Source: Megasphaera elsdenii DSM 20460 (lineage in GTDB: Bacteria > Bacillota > Negativicutes > Veillonellales > Megasphaeraceae). Taken from it: DNA of 32,000 nt. This document shows, piece by piece, positions 25,963-32,000 of the stretch. Under the pieces are notes generated by a model. The model saw only the letters and a program-made list of their open reading frames with translations. It was not told the DNA's origin and made no database searches. Location: assembly GCF_003010495.1 (NCBI RefSeq), contig NZ_CP027570.1, positions 1,380,001 through 1,412,000 of the forward strand. The letters run 5' to 3'. The position numbers and the translations under genes are program-made. How positions within the stretch are numbered: the stretch's first letter is position 1; every line of letters begins with the position of its first letter.

Positions 25963-27930
25963 GAATGAAAAGACCTTGAAGCATCGCATTTGTATCCGCA
26001 TGATTATTTGTATGGGTATTTTTGCACTCATCGGAGCGGGCATTGTCAGAAATCTATTCAGGGAACAAGTCATCAATCATGAACTACGTGTAGCAGAAGC
26101 CCAGGAGCAGACGCAGGTCGAACGGAACCTGCAATCGCCGCGGGGTATGATCCTCGACCGCAACGGCAAGGTCCTGGCCATCAGCGAGATGTCCAAGTCC
26201 CTTTATGCCGACCCGACCATGCTCAACGAGGATCCGGCAGTGGTGGCTGATTTATTGGCACCGTATCTGCGGATTCCCAAAGATGTTATCGAACACCGGT
26301 TGAAAGAGGATACGGCCTTTGTCTGGCTCGACCGCCAGATGGACCATGAAAAATATGAAGCCGTTGAATCGATCATTAAAGAAGAAAAATTGCACGGCCT
26401 GGCTTTCCGCGATGAAAACCGACGCTTTTATCCGAACGGCTCGATGGCCGCCCAGGTCATCGGCTTTGTCGGCGAAAATGACCATGGCCTGGAAGGCATC
26501 GAAATGATGCTGGATGATGAGATCCGCGGCAGCAAGCAGACCTTCCGCCTGCAGACCGATAACCACAACATCCCTGTCTTTTCGTCGGCCTTGAAACGGA
26601 TTCTGCCTGATAAGGAACGGTCCGTCTGCCTGACCTTGGACAGTACCATTCAGTATGTCGCTGAAAAGGGTCTGGATGGCATCATGTCCCGGAGCCATCC
26701 TTTTGGCGCTTCGATCATCGTTATGGATCCTAAGACCGGTGAAATCCTGGCCATGGCCAGCCGGCCTACGTATGACCCGAATGATTACAGCAAGGGCAAT
26801 AAGGAAGCTTATAAGAACCGGGCCGTCGTCAATGTCTACGAACCGGGGTCGACTTTTAAACCGCTCATGGCCGCAGCGGCCCTGGATTCCGGGAAATGGC
26901 ACTTAGGGATATTTATCATGATAAAGGGTCTATCCACGTCGCCGACCGGACGATTTACAACTGGGACCACAAGGGGATGGGCGACGTGACCTTGCGGGAA
27001 ATCATCATGTATTCCATCAATACCGGCATGGTCCATGTCGCCGTGACGACCGGCGGCAAGACACTGACGAATTATGCCCGCCGTTTTGGCTTTGGTACGA
27101 TTACGGGCATCGAACTGTCAGGTGAACAGGAAGGCATCTTGTTCGACCCGGATAAGATGTCCATCGTCGATACGGCTACTATGGGGATCGGCCAGAGCAT
27201 CGCCGTCACGCCCCTCCAGATGGTACAGGCTTTCAGTGCCATCGCCAACGGAGGCCACATGATGAAGCCGTTCCTGGTCAAAGAAATCGACAATCCTGAC
27301 GGATCCATTTATAAAAAGACAGAACCGAAAGAAGTCGGACAGCCGATTAACGCCGGGACGGCTGAAGCCATCAGTAAGTTCATGGGCGAAGAAGTTTCCA
27401 TTGGCGGAGGCCAGAGCGCCAAAATCGAAGGTTATCGCTTTGGCGGCAAGACCGGGACGGCTCAGAAGAAGACCGAAGACAGTACGGGGTACGCCGACGG
27501 CCAGTATGTCGGCTCCTTTATCGGTTTCGGTCCTTTGGAAGACCCTCGGTTCCTGGTCCTCATCGTCGTCGACGACCCTAAGGGCGTCTATTATGGAGCT
27601 CAGGTCGCAGCGCCGGTCTTTAAGGAAATGATGACGGAAATCGTCCGCATGAAGGGGATACGGCCGACAGAAGAGATGAACCAGAAGCCAGTCGGCCCTG
27701 TCGTCACGACACCGGCCCGCACCATTCCGCCCGTCCATATTTCCAGCGACGGCGTCCTCATGCCGTCCTTTATCGGCTGGAGTACGAGGGAAGTCAATGA
27801 TTGGCTCAATGAAGCGGGATTAGGCTTTATCCCCAAGGGGATGGGGAAGGCTATCCAGCAGTCGCCGAAAGCGGGCAGTTATGCGCCGCAGGGCAGCGAC
27901 GTCACCGTTATTTTCAAACGGAATCCATAG
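25955..27930 (+). pseudogene. Class B penicillin-binding protein (FtsI/SpoVD/PBP2B-like, one PASTA domain) interrupted by a 1-nt frameshift near 26891..26896
   Basis: ORF 25937..26989 carries the TM anchor, the dimerisation domain and SxxK (GSTFKP). ORF 26896..27930, in the +1 frame, carries SxN (YSINTG), KTG (GKTGTA) and the PASTA domain. Homology continuity (AAALDSGK / ALRDIYHDKGSIHV) places the shift in the GGGAAA run. Confidence 0.8.
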
Positions 27931-27950
27931 AACAACAGGGGGAACTAGTT

Positions 27951-28802
27951 ATGCAATTACTCAACGGCAAAGAAGTGGCGGCCTTCCATCGCGAACGGGT
28001 GGAACGCCGCCTGGCCGATATACAGGAAGAACTCCATATACAGCCGGAATTGGCTATCATCCTCGTCGGTGAGGATGCACCGTCGGCGATGTATGCCAAG
28101 TCCATGCAGAAGACGGCCCGTTCTGTCGGTTTAAAGGCAGAAATCTATCAGGAACCGGCTTCTATCAGCGAGGTGGAACTTTTATCGCTCATGGACAGGC
28201 TCAATGAGCAGGCGTCCGTCTTCGGTATCCTGCCGATGATGCCGCTGCCGCGTCATTTGAATAGCCAGCGCATCATCGACTGCATCGATCCGAAGAAAGA
28301 TGTCGACGGTCTGACTGATGTCAACATTGCTCATCTGTATACGGGCCGGCCTGGGTTCGTGCCCTGTACGCCGCGGGCTGTCATTGCCATCCTCGACTAT
28401 TACCATATTTCCCTGAGTGGGAAGGATGTGGCCATCATCGGCCGCAGCAATGTCGTCGGCAAACCGTTGGCTCAGCTCTGCCTGAACTGCAACGCTACGG
28501 TTACCCATTGCCATACGCGCACGAAAGATTTGAAGGCCGTCTGCCGCCGGGCTGATCTGGTCATCGCCGCTGCCGGGAAAGCCGGTTTAGTGACAGGCGA
28601 TATGATAAAACCAGGCGCTGTAGTCATCGATGTCGGCATCAACCGCGTCGACGGCAAGACCGTCGGCGATGTCGTCTTTGACGAAGTCGCTGCTCAGGCC
28701 GGGGCCGTGACGCCCGTGCCGGGCGGTGTTGGCGCCGTGACGACGATGATGGTACTGGAAAACGTCGTCTGCGGCATCGCCCGGACAGAAACCATTTTAT
28801 AA
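27951..28802 (+). CDS. folD: Bifunctional methylenetetrahydrofolate dehydrogenase (NADP+) / methenyltetrahydrofolate cyclohydrolase
   Basis: 283 aa with MQLLNGKEVA, GRSNVVGKPLAQL and TPVPGGVGAVTTMMVL. Confidence 0.9.
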   Translation: MQLLNGKEVAAFHRERVERRLADIQEELHIQPELAIILVGEDAPSAMYAKSMQKTARSVGLKAEIYQEPASISEVELLSLMDRLNEQASVFGILPMMPLPRHLNSQRIIDCIDPKKDVDGLTDVNIAHLYTGRPGFVPCTPRAVIAILDYYHISLSGKDVAIIGRSNVVGKPLAQLCLNCNATVTHCHTRTKDLKAVCRRADLVIAAAGKAGLVTGDMIKPGAVVIDVGINRVDGKTVGDVVFDEVAAQAGAVTPVPGGVGAVTTMMVLENVVCGIARTETIL

Positions 28803-28821
28803 AAGTGAGGGAGTATAATCT

Positions 28822-29988
28822 ATGCATATCTTAGATAATTTCATGATCCATTATTTACGTCGCTTCGACAAACATTGCTTTACCGTACAACTTCACGACA
28901 AGACCTACACCATTGGCGAAGGCCAGCCGTTATTCAACGTTATCATCCACAAAGACATTCCGAAAAAAGATTTGCTGGCGTCGACTTCGCTGGCACTGGG
29001 CGAAGCTTACATGCGCAAAGATGTGGAAATCCAAGGTGATTTGTTCACAGCCCTTCGCTGCTTCTTATCCCAGACGAGCCAGTTCTCGCTGGATAAATCC
29101 TTGTTCAAACGGATCCTCTATCCGTCGGAATCGAAATCGGCCCAGAAGAAACAGGTTTCGTCCCACTATGACTTGGGCAATGATTTCTATGCTAAATGGC
29201 TCGATCCGTCCATGAGCTATTCCTGCGCTTATTTCAAGAACGAAGATGACAGCCTCGAACAGGCTCAGCATAATAAAGTCCACTATATCCTGGAAAAACT
29301 CTATCTCAAAGAAGGCATGACCCTCCTCGATATCGGCTGCGGCTGGGGCTATCTGCTCATCGAAGCCGCCAAGAAATATGGCGTCAAAGGTTATGGCTGC
29401 ACGCTCAGTAAAGAACAGTGGAAAAAAGGCCAGGAACGCATTGAAAAACTGGGACTCCAGGATCTGGTCCAGATTGACCTCGTCGACTATCGCGATCTCG
29501 TCGCCGAAGGCCGTCAGTACGACCGCATCGTCAGCGTCGGCATGCTGGAACACGTCGGCCGCTCCAATTATCCGCTGTATATGGAAACGGCCAGCCATCT
29601 CCTGAAAGACGGTGGCATGTTCCTCCTCCATTACATCAGCGGCCACGATGAAAGCATTGGCAACCCGTGGATGCGTAAATACATCTTCCCGGGCGGAACT
29701 TTGCCGTCGCTCCGTGAAATCGTCAGCCTCGCTTATGATGATGAATTCCAGGTCATCGACGTCGAAAGCCTGCGCCGCCACTACTATAAGACCCTCATGT
29801 GCTGGTTCAATAACTTCCAGAACGTCCGCGATGAAGTCATCGCTGCCCGCGGGGAAGAATTTGCCCGCATGTGGGACCTCTATCTCTGCGGCTGCGCCGT
29901 ATCCTTCTACATCGGCAACATCGACATCCATCAGATCCTCATGACCAAAGGCACCAAGAACGACCTGCCCATGACTCGTTGGTACTAA
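28822..29988 (+). CDS. cfa: Cyclopropane-fatty-acyl-phospholipid synthase
   Basis: 388 aa with HYDLGNDFY, the AdoMet motif LLDIGCGWG, and YIFPGGTLPS. Confidence 0.9.
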   Translation: MHILDNFMIHYLRRFDKHCFTVQLHDKTYTIGEGQPLFNVIIHKDIPKKDLLASTSLALGEAYMRKDVEIQGDLFTALRCFLSQTSQFSLDKSLFKRILYPSESKSAQKKQVSSHYDLGNDFYAKWLDPSMSYSCAYFKNEDDSLEQAQHNKVHYILEKLYLKEGMTLLDIGCGWGYLLIEAAKKYGVKGYGCTLSKEQWKKGQERIEKLGLQDLVQIDLVDYRDLVAEGRQYDRIVSVGMLEHVGRSNYPLYMETASHLLKDGGMFLLHYISGHDESIGNPWMRKYIFPGGTLPSLREIVSLAYDDEFQVIDVESLRRHYYKTLMCWFNNFQNVRDEVIAARGEEFARMWDLYLCGCAVSFYIGNIDIHQILMTKGTKNDLPMTRWY

Positions 29989-30164
29989 TGTAGGGAAGTC
30001 ATGTAGGGGACGCCATGTAGGGGACGCCCAGAGGGCGTCCCGCAGTTCGCGTCCCGCAGGCCGCAGTTCGCAGTTCGCAGGGGCGTCCCGCGGCTCCCCT
30101 GATAGGGGAGCTGGCCGCCGAAGGCGGTCTGAGAGGTTGCTCATCCACTACAAACTTAATACTC
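29988..30164. repeat. GC-rich structured repeat block: tandem ATGTAGGGGACGCC units, CGCAGTT heptamers and three short perfect hairpins
   Basis: The 14-mer ATGTAGGGGACGCC is at 30001 and 30015, with a degenerate copy at 29988. The hairpin GGGACGCCC aga GGGCGTCCC spans 30021..30041. CGCAGTT repeats lie at 30041..30080. The hairpin GCTCCCCT gat AGGGGAGC spans 30093..30111. The hairpin CCGCC gaa GGCGG spans 30115..30127. Confidence 0.85.
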
Positions 30165-30201
30165 AAAAAGAGGCTGTCGCACATGCGACAGCCTCTTTTT
30201 T
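30165..30201. terminator. Intrinsic terminator after cfa (symmetric A/T flanks)
   Basis: AAAAAGAGGCTGTCGC acat GCGACAGCCTCTTTTTT: a perfect 16-bp stem including the A:T extension. Confidence 0.85.
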
Positions 30202-30345
30202 GTAAACTGACCACGTACCCATAGGCGGGCCGCCCAGCCACGGCTGTCCGTTTTGGCAGCCGTCCTGTGCCTCCCGTTGGTCGGCACCTGACGGGCCAAA
30301 AAGGCTTGGGACGGCCCCTACGAACCACGAGCCACGAACCACTCT
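30202..30345. repeat. Inverted copy of the GTGGTTC / GTAGGGGCCGTCC trailer element
   Basis: The reverse complement reads AGTGGTTCGTGGCTCGTGGTTCGTAGGGGCCGTCC...GGCGGCCCGC. That is the same word order as 9473..9538 downstream of the DAHP synthase gene. Internal hairpins are ACGGCTG/CAGCCGT and GTGCC/GGCAC. Confidence 0.8.
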
Positions 30346-30413
30346 TTCTTCTATATACGCGTAAAACGTATAACCAAAGCTATATCAATGATAAAATAGC
30401 ATGAGCACTATGC

Positions 30414-30442
30414 TTGACTTTTATAGCTATAACGGCTATACT
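30414..30442 (+). promoter_or_regulatory. Candidate strong sigma-70 promoter of nifJ (TTGACT-17 nt-TATACT)
   Basis: The -35 is at 30414..30419 and the -10 at 30437..30442. The perfect palindrome TATAGCTATA (30422..30431) lies in the spacer. Confidence 0.55.
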
Positions 30443-30518
30443 AAAAGTACAAAAAGCGTTAAACGTTATACGAGTCCGGATGAATTTACTTGAATCGCAG
30501 AAAAGGGGAGTGTCTCTT

Positions 30519-32000
30519 ATGATTAAACAAATCGTGAAAACCTTAGACGGCAACGAAGCTACGGCTGATGTTGCTTATAACTTTACAGAAGTCGCTACGA
30601 TTTATCCGATTACGCCGTCGTCTCCGATGGCAGAACACGTCGACGTCTGGTCGGCGAACGGCCGCAAGAACCTCTTCGGCCAGCCTGTTAAATTAGTTGA
30701 AATGCAGTCCGAAGCCGGTGCTATCGGTGCCGTCCATGGCGCATCGGAAACAGGCAGCCTCTGTTCATCCTTTACGGCTTCACAGGGCCTGATGCTGATG
30801 ATTCCGGTCATGCACCGCCTGTCGGGCGAATTGAAACCGGTCGTCCTGCACATCGCCGCCCGTACCGTCGGGACTCACACCATGTCCATCTTCGGTGACC
30901 ATTCCGACGTCATGGGCTGTCGTAACACGGGCTGGGCTATGCTCTGTAGTGCCAGCGTCCAGGAATGTGCCGACCTGGCAGCCGTTGCCCATCTGTCGAC
31001 CATCAAAGGCCGCGTGCCGTTCATGCACTTCTTTGATGGTTTCCGTACGTCTCACGAAATCCAGAAAATCAAGATGCTGCCGGCTGAAGAACTGGGCAAG
31101 CTCATCGACCGCGATGCCCTTTATCATTTCAAACACACCGGCCTGAACCCGGAACATCCGGTCATGCGCAGTACCGTTACCAACCCGGATATGTTCTTCC
31201 AGTCCCGTGAAGCCAATAACCCCTGGTATCAGCGCCTGCCCTACATTGTCCAGGACTACATGGACCAGATCAGCGAACTGACGGGCCGTCCGTACCACCT
31301 TTTCGATTACTACGGCGTTCCTGACGCAGAACACGTCGTCATCGCCATGGGCTCTGTCACCGGTGCCATCCAGGAAACGATTGACAAGCTCTGCAAAGAA
31401 GGTAAGAAAGTCGGCTTCATCCAGGTTCATCTCTATCGTCCGTTCTCGCTGGAACACTTCATGAAGGCTATGCCTGACACGGTCCGCACGATTACCGTCA
31501 TGGACCGCACGAAGGAACCGGGTGCTTTAGGCGAACCGCTTTACGAAGATGTCTGCGCGGCTATATCCCACGTCAAACAGGATGTCACCGTCCTGGCCTG
31601 CCGTTATGGCTTGTCGTCGAAAGACGTACCGCCGGCATCGATTAACGCCGTCTTCACCAACATGGATTCGCTCCAGCCGAAGAACCACTTCACGCTGGGT
31701 ATCATCGACGACGTTACCCACCATTCCCTGGCCGACGTACCTATCACGGTCGACACGGAAGGGACCATCAGCTGCAAGTTCTGGGGCTTTGGTTCGGACG
31801 GTACGGTTGGCGCCAACAAGAACTCCATCAAGATTATCGGCGACAACACGGATATGTATGTCCAGGCTTACTTTGAATACGATACCAAGAAATCCGGCGG
31901 CGTCACCAAGTCGCACCTGCGCTTTGGCAAGAAGCCGATCCGGGCCACCTATTATATCAAATCGGCGGACTTCCTGGCCTGCCATAAACAGGCCTACATG
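30519..32000 (+). CDS. nifJ: Pyruvate:ferredoxin (flavodoxin) oxidoreductase, 3'-truncated by the window edge
   Basis: This ORF is absent from the ORF track because it has no stop codon in the window. My own translation reads MIKQIVKTLDGNEATADVAYNFTEVATIYPITPSSPMAEHVDVWSANGRKNLFGQPVKLVEMQSEAGAIGAVHGA..., a typical PFOR N-terminus. RBS AAGGGGAG is present, and the frame stays open for 494 codons to nt 32000. Confidence 0.9.
   Translation, partial: MIKQIVKTLDGNEATADVAYNFTEVATIYPITPSSPMAEHVDVWSANGRKNLFGQPVKLVEMQSEAGAIGAVHGASETGSLCSSFTASQGLMLMIPVMHRLSGELKPVVLHIAARTVGTHTMSIFGDHSDVMGCRNTGWAMLCSASVQECADLAAVAHLSTIKGRVPFMHFFDGFRTSHEIQKIKMLPAEELGKLIDRDALYHFKHTGLNPEHPVMRSTVTNPDMFFQSREANNPWYQRLPYIVQDYMDQISELTGRPYHLFDYYGVPDAEHVVIAMGSVTGAIQETIDKLCKEGKKVGFIQVHLYRPFSLEHFMKAMPDTVRTITVMDRTKEPGALGEPLYEDVCAAISHVKQDVTVLACRYGLSSKDVPPASINAVFTNMDSLQPKNHFTLGIIDDVTHHSLADVPITVDTEGTISCKFWGFGSDGTVGANKNSIKIIGDNTDMYVQAYFEYDTKKSGGVTKSHLRFGKKPIRATYYIKSADFLACHKQAYM

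Noticed and set aside
26885-26900. Programmed ribosomal frameshifting in the PBP gene.
   Set aside because: I saw no slippery heptamer of the X-XXY-YYZ type with a downstream stimulatory structure. The break sits in a plain G3A3 run. A 1-nt indel, either mutation or sequencing error, is the simpler explanation.
29999-30328. The 109-aa minus-strand ORF spanning the cfa-nifJ spacer might be a real gene.
   Set aside because: It runs straight through the terminator hairpin and the repeat words. It has no RBS and an R/G/P/A-rich low-complexity translation. It is an artefact of the GC-rich repeats.

Overview
This is a chromosomal window with GC-rich coding sequence; one flank line I counted had 34 G+C in 60 nt. 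Gene content suggests a Firmicutes genome, possibly Negativicutes or Megasphaera-like. That assignment is inference only, resting on valS-folC synteny, Rex, an O-antigen-ligase-like protein, PFOR nifJ and cfa.

Core genes, in order:
- valS (5' partial), folC, a Wzy_C/O-antigen-ligase-like membrane protein and rex
- a small alarmone synthetase followed by an OmpR-type response regulator and a histidine kinase
- class I DAHP synthase, an ACT-domain protein (minus strand) and a small membrane protein
- dnaE, a CDF transporter (minus strand), a HAD phosphatase and a Bcr/CflA-type MFS transporter
- an M20 amidohydrolase and cobO (both minus strand), and the CCA-adding enzyme
- a class B penicillin-binding protein split by a 1-nt frameshift, then folD, cfa and nifJ (3' partial)

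Three things stand out.
1. An AT-rich island of about 4.7 kb (roughly 10763-15436; one line counted at 18 G+C in 60 nt) sits just upstream of dnaE and has no integrase or transposase. It carries an orphan 161-aa ORF. It also carries an unassigned restriction-modification candidate: a 183-aa PD-(D/E)XK-like protein transcribed divergently from a 244-aa amino-methyltransferase with an unusual HPPY catalytic motif. A complete DpnII-type GATC cassette (dpnM, dpnA, dpnB) follows.
2. A dispersed mosaic repeat family occupies nearly every 3' intergenic region. It consists of heptamer-phased words (CTAACCA, CTACAAA, GTGGTTC, CGCAGTT) next to near-identical terminator hairpins. The CTAA/CTAG arrays place stop codons in all six frames. 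Two copies differ by compensatory stem changes, and one copy supplies the stop codon of the MFS gene.
3. A likely autoregulatory Rex operator lies at the rex promoter.

No rRNA, tRNA or CRISPR array was recognised.
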